A stretch of 52,993 bases of DNA, the filler included, from Squatina squatina (taxonomy: Eukaryota): assembly GCA_031763465.1 (NCBI GenBank). It is 3 parts of 3 records of this genome, joined end to end, with 100 filler letters (N's around TTAATTAATTAA, not from the genome) between each part and the next. Parts side by side here need not be neighbours in the genome. Positions count along the whole stretch, not along the records: positions 1 to 15,856 come from JARFOE010000004.1; positions 15,957 to 35,919 come from JARFOE010000013.1; 1 more part is not named here. One strand, written 5' to 3'. Below the pieces are notes generated by a model, which searched no databases, had not been told where the DNA came from, and saw only the letters and a list, made by a program, of their open reading frames with translations. The first letter of the stretch is position 1; every line of letters begins with the position of its first letter. A program made the translations under genes and the position numbers. Below are positions 12,370-24,900 of this stretch, piece after piece.

Positions 12370-13320
12370 TAAATGGGGATTTTTAAGTTATCCTACTTTT
12401 CTAGCTCACATGAAAGAAATCAGATTTGTAAATACCACATTGCCAAGTGTTGAGATCATTGCAGCCTGGAAAATACTGTCTCCAATGTAATTGTACAAAT
12501 GTTTCATGTACTTGTATCAAGGTCCTCCCTCTCCTAATTAGTGGAGATACCATCCCATTTGAAATAAACAGATTATTGCCTTCATTAAAATAGTCGAGAA
12601 GAATTGTTACATGCATGCGAAGTATTCATGCAATAGCCCCATCAAAACTAATTTCTACCTCTATGCCTTTAGGCAGGCTAAGGTTGGTGGGCAAGCATTG
12701 GTGCAGTAATCATTTCAGCGCTACAAATGGTGTCACAAAGGTGTCCTCGGTGGTTTGTTTAGGATGTTTCACTGTAATCGTTCCGAAACAGCCAGAAGGA
12801 TGACACAGGTTCCCTGCCCCTCCATAACGGACTATTTTGACTGCAACTCTGCATTCTTAAATCTGAGGGCTGAAGACATGAAGCAATAGTTTGTTACTAA
12901 ACCTTACTAGCCAATATAAAGCAGCGATTTTCCACATTGTTCAGTATGCGGACCCACTATAAATATTGATAAAATTACCCCAAGGAAAACTGTGCTAATA
13001 TTGTTGAAAACATTTTACAAAATATCGTGCTAGTAAATCTACAAATACAGACAAATTGAGAAACCTGATGACAACAGACTTCACAGACCCCATTGGTTCC
13101 CTTGCTCTGGGGTTCAGGGATCCCACTTTGAAAATCCACAGTGCAGGGATATTTACATTGTGCGTATTAGTTTACATTTCAGAAACTAGCCCTTAGTTTT
13201 GTCATTTTTACATTTACCTGNNNNNNNNNNNNNNNNNNNNNNNNNNNNNNNNNNNNNNNNNNNNNNNNNNNNNNNNNNNNNNNNNNNNNNNNNNNNNNNN
13301 NNNNNNNNNNNNNNNNNNNN

Positions 13321-13416
13321 CCCTTTAAGTATCACTCGCCAATCTACCCTCGCCAATTCCCTTCTCATACCCTCAAAGTTACCTTTCTTTAAGTTTAGAA
13401 CCCTTGTTTCTGAATT
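13321..13416 (-). mobile_element. CR1 LINE ORF2 fragment
   Basis: Translation VLNLKKGNFEGMRRELARVDW is the typical CR1 linker between endonuclease and RT. Confidence 0.7.
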
Positions 13417-13724
13417 CAAGTGGAAGGTGCAATATCTAGTGGGGAGTGTAATTTTTACATGTGCATCATCAGTTACTTTTAGTGTGAAATAACATTGTTG
13501 GGGCTGTGAAAATAAAACTGCTTAATTACATTAAGCAGTTGATTTAATAAACACATTAAATAAATATTTAGCATTTTTGGAGTGGTGAAGAATGGTATTA
13601 GTTTTGTGTAATTGAAGATGTTTTTCAGCAATGCTGTAATACTGTAGTAGTGAATAGATTCCAGAGGAAAGCAATTACAGAACAGACCTAATTCATACAG
13701 TAACTTCTTCTCATTTCTTTTCAG

Positions 13725-13845
13725 AAACTACTTCCACTTGCCATACTTTGAAAAGAAGCCTTGCACATATATCAAAAGTTGGTGGCAAGACCAGCGGAGG
13801 CGACTTTACAATGCAAACATCATGGACAAGATAGCAGATAAACTG
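13725..13845 (+). CDS. OTOF: Otoferlin exon, (R)[40 protein letters not shown]
   Basis: Pyrimidine tract and CAG acceptor at 13722-13724, GT donor at 13846, 121 nt. Matches human [40 protein letters not shown]. Missed by the ORF track. Confidence 0.95.
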
Positions 13846-15602
13846 GTTAGTATTTCAGTATGATTTTTTTTTCTCCTAAGGGTCCAGATCTTACAAAGAG
13901 TTTCAAAGGGTATCTGCCTGATGAGTAATCCAGCAATTAGCATAGATTCTTACCTATTTCCGAACTGCTGTGCATTGTCCTGTTTCATCAAAATATCTGT
14001 GCAGGATAAAATGTCTCAAGGACTGGATCATGCAGGTGAAACAGTGGATATGATTAGCAACATGTTGACATGATCCCCTCACTTGATAGCATCTACTGCA
14101 TAAAAAATCTTTACTGGAGTTTTCATTTGAACTTTTATTTGAGAATAAAATGAGTGGCCAATATGGCCAGCACTGTAGCTACGTGTGTGATTCCTCAACT
14201 GTTTTAAAACTATATTCAAAATCTCTTCTGCAGCATGAAGGCACTAAGATGGCCAACATGCAGTAGTTATCTGGAACAGGCTGATTCTGCCTGCAAGACC
14301 TGAAAAAGACAATCATAGTTTTGGGAAGCAATTGACTGCAAGGGTTTATGCCAGCACAAGGGAACTTGGGGCTTTGACATGTTGATGCTCCAATGTACAA
14401 TATGTGCACTGTATAATGTCAGGACTGTAATTTGCACTTATGATTCCCTGGATGCCCAGTTGTTAATTTCAGCTTCTCCAGTTCGATGGGAGACCGGTCA
14501 TCCCAGAGTGCCCTCATGCACCCCCTACTGGCCAGATGAGGAACAGCACTTAAGGACTCCTGGTCTAAGATGCATAATGCAAGGCATTTAAATAAGATTA
14601 TGAGAAACATAGAAACATAGAAAATAGGAGCAGGCGTAGGCCATGAGGAAAATAAATAGAACAGAGAAATATTAAAAAGATCTTTTTAAAGAAATAAACT
14701 CCCGGTGTATGGACTGTATTACCAAAATCAAATTATTACTGAAATTGTAAATTAGTTGCAAATATTAATTGAATTATTTGACATAAACCTTTAACCAGGG
14801 TTAATTTGTCACTTCCTTGTAAACTAGTGTTAAGTACCTGTAGATTGCAGCACACTTCATCTACTGAAAGGCAAATAAAATTTGATTAATTGAATCTGAA
14901 AGGTTTGTACTTAAGTGATTGGTTATTTCAATGAAGTGTTGCATTTTGCTTGTATATCAAAAAAAGTCCTATTTTAAACTGTTTATTAAACATGGTAGGG
15001 GGCAATTCGGCATCTGCCCGCAATAGGCCCAAAGTCAGGTGCATGCCCGCCCGAAGCCAACTTTGGGAGGCCCAAACCATTTAAATGTTTCCAGCAAGCT
15101 NNNNNNNNNNNNNNNNNNNNNNNNNNNNNNNNNNNNNNNNNNNNNNNNNNNNNNNNNNNNNNNNNNNNNNNNNNNNNNNNNNNNNNNNNNNNNNNNNNNN
15201 ATCGTCAATGGAGATTCACAGCCATTTTTAGCTTCTTTGGATAAAAAAGGTTAAAAATCTAGACTAATATGATGTTTAGTGGGAGCGATTTTGACTATTA
15301 ATTACTTGCTGGCGATCTAAGGGGCAATATTCTGACTTTTTGATGCTGGCAAAAATCCTTGCCCACTAACATTTCCTACAGACTGTTCAACCCCACTTTA
15401 TTTTTTGTAATTTCTTCACGATTTTCCCAGGTACATATGAGGGCAACATTTTTGACAATGTTTCTGTATGCTTTAACCTCAACTAAAGGGGGCAGAGAGT
15501 GGGGCTGGAGGTGAGGGGCTATGGAAATAGTTGTGGGAATGAAATCAAATATATTGTATTCTCAGGTTTCTGATTTCAGTTTCATCAATCTGTCATCCAC
15601 AG

Positions 15603-15737
15603 GTTTTACAGGAGACTCTATGTCCTACCTGGGACCAGTTGTTGGTGTTTGATAACATTGAGCTATACGGTGAAGCACAGGAACTGAGAGATGACCCTCC
15701 CATTGTAGTCATTGAAATTTATGACCAGGATACTGTG
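15603..15737 (+). CDS. OTOF: Otoferlin C2D-domain exon, [45 protein letters not shown]
   Basis: CAG acceptor ending at 15602, GTAAGG donor at 15738, 135 nt. Matches human [45 protein letters not shown]. Confidence 0.95.
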
Positions 15738-15900
15738 GTAAGGAGTTCTAACTGACTGTACTTTTCAGGCAAACAGTTGGAAATTTCAGTCCCATATCAA
15801 TATGTGTATTAATATTTTAAACTACAAAGTAAAAAATAAGTTATAAAATATTGTAGNNNNNNNNNNNNNNNNNNNNNNNNNNNNNNNNNNNNNNNNNNNN

Positions 15901-15912
15901 TTAATTAATTAA
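15901..15912. other. Artificial six-frame-stop scaffold linker TTAATTAATTAA
   Basis: Palindromic 12-mer centred between 44 N on each side, 100 nt in total. Confidence 0.95.
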
Positions 15913-18900
15913 NNNNNNNNNNNNNNNNNNNNNNNNNNNNNNNNNNNNNNNNNNNNAAGCAATATTAAACTACATTGATGTGAATAATCACAATTTGTGT
16001 ATGTAAATTAATAAAACAATTGCCACAGGTACCTCATTTCACTCAATAATACAAAGAGTTCTTTAAATGCCTGAAATATTTAGAAACACAGAGATGAATG
16101 CTTTGAACAATTAGCAATGTAGTCAGTCTTTTTGTTAAACTGGTGAAAGATTTGCTGCTGAACCCCTGTTACCCCTTTTCTCCCTCCACGTCTGTTACAA
16201 AACCGAGCCAGGATAACAGGCGAGTGTACACAAATGTTTATCCTAATCACTGTCTAATGACAGGGACTTATGTCCTTAACACAGTTGATTTGTTTCTCAG
16301 GGTTTAAAAGTAGATTATTTCCATGGTTTGGGCTTAGTGTAAGCTGTTGAAAAACCACAAGCACTGCACTTCAGTCTGCTTTTGGGAAGTTAGCCAAAGG
16401 TAATCTGATTAAAAGGGCATTTTTCCTACATGAAACTGCTTTAAAAGTTGTGTTTGTTCAGATAGCACTGGGCCAGAAACAAATTGCTTTTTGAGTAGAA
16501 CAAAATCTGTTGGAGAAAATTAAACGTAGCTTCACCTCAATAATTTTACCGAAAAAATAAATAACATCAGTCCTCTGATACCTATTGTAGAACATTGCAC
16601 CATTTCCAAAAACTAAGAGGGNNNNNNNNNNNNNNNNNNNNNNNNNNNNNNNNNNNNNNNNNNNNNNNNNNNNNNNNNNNNNNNNNNNNNNNNNNNNNNN
16701 NNNNNNNNNNNNNNNNNNNNNNNNNNNNNNNNNNNNNNNNNNNNNNNNNNNNNNNNNNNNNNNNNNNNNNNNNNNNNNNNNNNNNNNNNNNNNNNNNNNN
16801 NNNNNNNNNNNNNNNNNNNNNNNNNNNNNNNNNNNNNNNNNNNNNNNNNNNNNNNNNNNNNNNNNNNNNNNNNNNNNNNNNNNNNNNNNNNNNNNNNNNN
16901 NNNNNNNNNNNNNNNNNNNNNNNNNNNNNNNNNNNNNNNNNNNNNNNNNNNNNNNNNNNNNNNNNNNNNNNNNNNNNNNNNNNNNNNNNNNNNNNNNNNN
17001 NNNNNNNNNNNNNNNNNNNNNNNNNNNNNNNNNNNNNNNNNNNNNNNNNNNNNNNNNNNNNNNNNNNNNNNNNNNNNNNNNNNNNNNNNNNNNNNNNNNN
17101 NNNNNNNNNNNNNNNNNNNNNNNNNNNNNNNNNNNNNNNNNNNNNNNNNNNNNNNNNNNNNNNNNNNNNNNNNNNNNNNNNNNNNNNNNNNNNNNNNNNN
17201 NNNNNNNNNNNNNNNNNNNNNNNNNNNNNNNNNNNNNNNNNNNNNNNNNNNNNNNNNNNNNNNNNNNNNNNNNNNNNNNNNNNNNNNNNNNNNNNNNNNN
17301 NNNNNNNNNNNNNNNNNNNNNNNNNNNNNNNNNNNNNNNNNNNNNNNNNNNNNNNNNNNNNNNNNNNNNNNNNNNNNNNNNNNNNNNNNNNNNNNNNNNN
17401 NNNNNNNNNNNNNNNNNNNNNNNNNNNNNNNNNNNNNNNNNNNNNNNNNNNNNNNNNNNNNNNNNNNNNNNNNNNNNNNNNNNNNNNCCGTGCAACTGAT
17501 ATGAAGTAAAATTCATGTTATTTTACAGGAACACGAATTGTAGTGAGATAATTTTGTTTGCTTTAGTGATGATTTCAAACTTAACACTTTCTCAGATTTG
17601 TAACATGATTTGTAAACTAATGAAAGACATCCTTACAAACAGGCCTGCAGGGTTAATTGCTGCAATTTCTTTACAATGAAGAATTTCATTTCCATCAATT
17701 CATCATGAATTTAATAAGGTTTCTATGGGGTTCTAAACTGATGGTCAAGATCACTGTGCACAAGAAATGTTTCGGCAAATATATTGCAAACTTGTACAGT
17801 AGTAAGTCTATGGAAGATTTATTATTACATTCCGTATACTTGTCCTTGTTTAACTCTTGTTCAGATTGGCTCCTTTGATTGTCTGCTTTATTTCCGCTGC
17901 GTTATTTCCTATGGAAGTGTATCGACTACCCTGAAAATGTTTGTTCTTTGTCACTGGTTACATTAGCAATGGTACAACAGGCTCTCGATTTACTGTTTTC
18001 AAATAACTGNNNNNNNNNNNNNNNNNNNNNNNNNNNNNNNNNNNNNNNNNNNNNNNNNNNNNNNNNNNNNNNNNNNNNNNNNNNNNNNNNNNNNNNNNNN
18101 NNNNNNNNNTGTGCCCTTCAGCATGCCATTCTATTGAAAGGAACAGTGCCTCGCCAGAAAAGTTCAGCACAACCAGCAATAAAACACAAGTGCTGCTTTG
18201 TCAAGTCACGAATGATTACTTGGACAAGTGCCTTGGTGTGAGGCAAACATTATAAAACAACGGTTCAAACAGTGAAAACAAAGAGGCAATTCACTCTCTC
18301 CATTAGTTTTAATGTCATTTGGTAAACACAATTACTGCATCTTTGGCACAGATCACAAGCACCTTGTTAACTGATGTGTAGGTACAGTCTTTGGGAATCA
18401 GCTCCTCCATTGAACATATTCAAAAATGTGTGATGAAAGAAAATAAGTTCCAGTTTTTGAAAGCCTATGTATAATTCTTATTGTACAATTTTGATAATCT
18501 TATGCTTTTTATAAATGCAATAGCTTTGAAGCTGTGCACTCCCTTACAGGAATGGCACAGCTATACAATTTCAGATGCAGGAAGTAGCAGATCTTTCTGA
18601 ATTTGGACTGGTAATTTAGTGGGTCCGTCAGGAAATTTACCAACCACTTTTACATTTAGTGATTGGGAACCAAAGGCCTGTTTTCAATTAGTGTGCCTGC
18701 TGCTTTAAAGGGAATTCGGAGCCACCAACTTGGTACCATGTCCCAGATTAGCACACTTTACTTAAACTCACAACACCCCTTTAAGACTCAAAAATATCAA
18801 ATTGTTATCAGCACTGTGTAGTTGAGTTTCTAATATGCGTTTATCTAATTAATTAAACAATATAAGAAGCAAGAATCTTCAGTAAATATCTACAGCTTAA

Positions 18901-21900
18901 TCTTCTAAAGTAAAGATATAAAGTGCACAGAACTAAAATAAAAACAAAATTATACTATCTATCTATTTTGGTTTTGAAAAGTAAAATAGAGTTCTCAAAG
19001 TGTTAAATGACCACTAATGTATTTTAAGCTTTCCCTTTCAGCTTCTCTACCTCATGGCCACTGAATAAAAGATGATGGCTATTCAATTTCAATATTGTTT
19101 AAGTAGCACTGTCATCTCCAGATTGGAGCACGCAAAGAGTGTCTCTGTATGTAGATGCAGTTATTCTTAGGCTAGCTTTCCATTGAGCATAAAACTATTC
19201 TATAGCAGCGTTCAGAGTAAGATATTATAGTATTACTAGTGGATTTTATTCTCATGTAGACATACTTCCACATAATTTTCCAAACCGCTCATTTACAACT
19301 AATATATAGCTTTATCTTTGTTTCTATATCATTTTCTCTACATCATTTTCAAACTCCATGTCTCATTTTTATGCGTACACACTCTCATATGCACATTCCC
19401 TCCTAGCACATGTGACTGTGTTTGACAACCTGATCTGCAGTATATTTAGGTCACTGTCTTTGTACCAAATGGAGCTTGTTTGGTTAATGCCAACTTAATG
19501 GTTATTCTTAGTATTGTAACATTACAAACCACCATTGGTTTTTTTTGAGCAAAGTGAATCCATGTATAATAAATACATGTGGGGAAATACTTGCTATAAT
19601 ATTGCTGATTAAGAACACTTGTGTAATTACTGAAGTTCACACCCACTAAATAAAAACAGAGATGATGCTGTTCAGAGAATTGTCCTTACTCATTTATGGG
19701 TGGGCGCAAAAGCACGGATGTAGATGGTGGGGAAACTATGATGATGGACAGCGTGGGAGTGCTTGTGTAAGCTGAGGGGATGTCACGTGATGGAATGATG
19801 CAGTGTAATGTTAACGTAGGAGGCCTTGCAAAGAACCTTAGCCAAAGGGTATGATGCCTTTGTGTAAGTGGTAGTACTTTTTATAATTAGTAGATCTCTA
19901 ATGACTTTACACATGGGTAGCCCAGGGCACTCGCTGCAGATGCTACTGTTATTGCTGCCCGACTCTTAAGTTCTCAGATGGAGACTGGTCGGTTAAGGTT
20001 GCTCNNNNNNNNNNNNNNNNNNNNNNNNNNNNNNNNNNNNNNNNNNNNNNNNNNNNNNNNNNNNNNNNNNNNNNNNNNNNNNNNNNNNNNNNNNNNNNNN
20101 NNNNNNNNNNNNNNNNNNNNNNNNNNNNNNNNNNNNNNNNNNNNNNNNNNNNNNNNNNNNNNNNNNNNNNNNNNNNNNNNNNNNNNNNNNNNNNNNNNNN
20201 NNNNNNNNNNNNNNNNNNNNNNNNNNNNNNNNNNNNNNNNNNNNNNNNNNNNNNNNNNNNNNNNNNNNNNNNNNNNNNNNNNNNNNNNNNNNNNNNNNNN
20301 NNNNNNNNNNNNNNNNNNNNNNNNNNNNNNNNNNNNNNNNNNNNNNNNNNNNNNNNNNNNNNNNNNNNNNNNNNNNNNNNAAGTAATTCAGCTAGCATAT
20401 TGTAGTAGAATGTGAGTTTATCTCATTTCTAACCCCTGCTGGGACGTTTGAAAATTTTATGGTACACCTATTTGGATCTAATGACCATTGTTACATTGAT
20501 AAAAGCTCCATTCCATATTATGTTTTAATCCTCTTAATTTCCTTCTAATTTGGATCAAGCCTTATAATTTTATTTTCCAATTACTTATTTGCTAGCTTGA
20601 CTGGTATTCTATAAATGTATTGATTGATATCTATCTATGTATATATATATCTGACATTCTGAGCTGAGTGCCAGATTTTCTTCCTGATTAATATTTTTAT
20701 ACAACAATAATGAGTGATGAAATGCTCAGTGTTGTTTCTACCTTGTTTCCTATAAAGTGCAAGGATTTGTGTTGAAAGGGTCTTTGACTAATGTTGTGCA
20801 ATAGATTGCGCGAAGGTCACACTAGGCAGAACACAATTCATGCAGTAAACTTTATTGTGTCATCATCCTCTCTTCATTTGTTGCACTTATTATATTCCCT
20901 GTAATAAAATAAAATAAAAATGAACAAATCCCAACCACAAAAGAATAAACAAATAAAAACATTTCCTGGAATGAGGAATCGATGTGCTAATCTGATATAT
21001 CAGTTACTCCCATTCAAGATTCACAAAGTATTTTATATATTTCTGTAAATACGTAAACCCTCAAACCACGTAGCTGTGTACAAAACATTTACCTTTTAGT
21101 CTGATATGGAAGAGGGGAAAAACTACAGTGACATTACAAGACTGTTGATGGCAATTTCCATGGCTTACTAACGGTATATAAAACAGCTTAACGGGCAGCT
21201 CTCTTTCCACATTGGTGGTTCTTACATTTATGATGGAAATGAATCATAATCAGAATGTCATTTTCCATTCTTGCCATTAAAGCCCATCCAATAATTATTG
21301 TTGGTATAGTCTTACTACTCAGTGTGTTGACTGATCCCCTTTGATTTTATTGGAATAATTTTGAATATTTAAAAGTAAACAAGGCTGTCTGCCTCAGCTC
21401 CATTTTGCACAATCTGCAGTGACTGCTAATTCTGCAAATGCACTTTCCATTGAAGCAGTCATTAGATCTGATTGTTGGTGAGGTTTTATGGCTCTATTGT
21501 TATTAATGGAGGCTCTCTGTATAATGATATAAAGAGTCAGCTGCATCATTGAACTCAGTCATTCTGTCAAATACTTGAGACACTATGATGCCACTGCTCC
21601 CTTTTTCCTCATTTGAAACAACAGTAAAAAATGGTTTCATTTTCACAAGAGGTGAAATGGGGAGTTTTTGTTTTCCACGAGCTTCCACTGTGTGATGTTG
21701 CATTTCTGTAAGGTCAAGCCGCTAATATTTTTTGAGACAACAGTACGCTTTGATTATCAGGGATTGGGAGCAGTGTGCCATGCTATTTGAAACCCTTCAC
21801 TGGCTTACCAAGTGGATCAGAAAGCCCTGATTACAACGTCATGTTTAAGGAGCCTAAGGAGTTTCGTGTAAAGTTCATAGTTGAAGTATTAGTTTACTAA

Positions 21901-24900
21901 TTTAAAAATTAGAACCAAAATTGTGGCATCTAAGAACAGTTAGACTCTATTAATGTGAGGCAGGAAAATGTGAACAATATTTCAATCTCACAAATTATTT
22001 TTGTTCAAATCAGTATGCATACAAAATATATATTTCATGCATTAAAGGTCACCAAAAATCTTATTGAGGTACTCAGGCAGATCTCAGCTGAACTTTATTT
22101 TGACTTGGAGATAATGTTATCAAAATTAGGATGAGGTTTACATGTTAACCCTACCCTATTGAATTGAGGTTGTGGCATCAGTCACTTTCACATTCAAAAC
22201 AATGAAAATTTCCAACATTCTTAGAAATAAAAGGGTTAATTCCAGCTTCTCTTTCGAGAAATGTTTGGACAATCACCATTCCACTATCACGGTAATTATT
22301 CATAATATTGAAGTGAATTTATTTTGTTAAATAAAGTTGCCAAATACTTCAGAATTTAATTTGGAGAAAATCAGTAATTGAATTAACCCTTGAGTCTTTT
22401 TATTATATTGTAGATTTTATAAATGTCACTTTTCTAATCAGCATTTCTGATTGAAAGCTCTGATTCAGCAAACTAGAGGTGCAAGTCTGATACATATTAA
22501 TAATGGGATGGGAGGGAGGGTTTATTCTAGAAATCACTGGTCGTGGCTGCCTAAAACTAGATGAAACTAGTTCTGACTGGGGACATGCACGTCACTGTTG
22601 ATTTTCATTAAGGAGGCCTAGACTGTTTATCCTTTTGCAACATGTGACGACACGCACTGCAGTAGATGTGAAAGTGTCCCATCACCTGATAGTCAAGCTT
22701 AATAATTTATCTATGGTTTGGGTTTCAGACACTAAGAGCTGGGTGGTTTTAGTGTTCAGTGCACTCACAAGGAATCCTGAGAATATTTCCGCCTTGGCCA
22801 GTGCCAGACTCGGCTCTGGGGCTTTCAACATTAATGAGGTGAAAAACAGGAACTTTTGAAAGTAAAGGCTTAAAATGGTACCATACATGGTTGGAGGGAT
22901 TTCAGCATCTTTATAGAGGAGATTGGAAAAGCGTGTGAAAAGGGGGAAGGGGTATTTGCACTATGTGGAATACAGAATGAAAAGAAACAGTAAAACAAAA
23001 AGGTTTTCGCACTTTAGCATATGTGTGTTTAATAATTAATAGTTTAAAAAAATTACCTCACACTGTAGTCACTTGGCAGCACATTTACTGTTTAGAATGT
23101 TAACAAATAAGCAGCATCCATTTTTAAAGAGCAAACAGGTTTCCATCTTTNNNNNNNNNNNNNNNNNNNNNNNNNNNNNNNNNNNNNNNNNNNNNNNNNN
23201 NNNNNNNNNNNNNNNNNNNNNNNNNNNNNNNNNNNNNNNNNNNNNNNNNNNNNNNNNNNNNNNNNNNNNNNNNNNNNNNNNNNNNNNNNNNNNNNNNNNN
23301 NNNNNNNNNNNNNNNNNNNNNNNNNNNNNNNNNNNNNNNNNNNNNNNNNNNNNNNNNNNNNNNNNNNNNNNNNNNNNNNNNNNNNNNNNNNNNNNNNNNN
23401 NNNNNNNNNNNNNNNNNNNNNNNNNNNNNNNNNNNNNNNNNNNNNNNNNNNNNNNNNNNNNNNNNNNNNNNNNNNNNNNNNNNNNNNNNNNNNNNNNNNN
23501 NNNNNNNNNNNNNNNNNNNNNNNNNNNNNNNNNNNNNNNNNNNNNNNNNNNNNNNNNNNNNNNNNNNNNNNNNNNNNNNNNNNNNNNNNNNNNNNNNNNN
23601 NNNNNNNNNNNNNNNNNNNNNNNNNNNNNNNNNNNNNNNNNNNNNNNNCATATCTCAGCAGATGGTTAATTCTGCTGACCTTGAGGAATGATGATGGTGG
23701 GGGGACATTTGCAACCTTGCTGCTCAGGCTTCTCCAGACAACCAGCCTTATCGATGTTTGATTGCTCAAGTGACTGTAACTGACCTCCAGTCTATACCTC
23801 TCAGTGAATTAGTCTAAGCAAGAACATTTAGAAAAATGATTTTCAAATACTGCATTTATGATTTTTTTAATAGTATTTTTTAGTTGTGTTTTCTGTGGTA
23901 TAGTTTGTTATAAAGCTTCATCTACCTAATGTTCCAAAACTATTTAAAGAACAATCTCATAGGAATAAAAGGAGGTAATTCCTGTTAATCCATTTGTCAC
24001 AACCTTTTATACAGAAATATCATGACTTTGTCCTGGCAGTAATATGGGTGAACATGAAAATGTAAGAATATGTTTTATAAAGCTATTTTTAGATTACACT
24101 ATGTATGAAATTCCAGAGCTGTAAAGTATTAATAAACAGAATTCAATATTGACTTTCATAACTGAAGCTGCTGTGACATGATGTTNNNNNNNNNNNNNNN
24201 NNNNNNNNNNNNNNNNNNNNNNNNNNNNNNNNNNNNNNNNNNNNNNNNNNNNNNNNNNNNNNNNNNNNNNNNNNNNNNNNNNNNNACCTATTTTGCCAGT
24301 GTCCCTGCCATCATAATTTGAACAGCTAAGAAATCTATTTTATCTCATAGTTTATTTTTTATTATAAAATCAAAAACTATTGATATTCACATTTTTGTCC
24401 AAAAATGTAAACCGTTGCTGTGTTTATTATATAGTCAAAGATTGCACAAACTGCATGATTTTGCTCTCATTTTCACTGCCTCTAAATCACTTGTCTTGTC
24501 ATTCTAGCGATTGCAAAAAATTCCCCGAATGAGTGAACAAATATTCACTGCCGTATTATTGCTGGGACGCATTAGTTTTGATATGATTTTCTTGTATATA
24601 TCTAACAGGATACATGTGGAATGAGCAAGAATATAATTTCAAACTTGAAATCAAAGCAACGTATAATTAACAACAAAAACAGACTCTAAACAGTTTTTCT
24701 TTATCACTGTTGCCAGATGCAACACAATGAGCCATGCAAAGTGAAGAAAACCATCCATATTTGAAAGCCTATAGTTGTCAAAGGCTTCGGACAGTACAGA
24801 AAATGGTACTCTGCTGGAAAAATAAAATGATGTGAATTATGCAGTAAAAAAAGAAAAAATGTAACCTGAGAATTGTGAGATCTGAAAGAGACCATACTGT

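Noticed and set aside
16458-23769. Long ORFs of 145-352 aa in the ORF track
   Set aside because: They consist almost entirely of X from N gaps.
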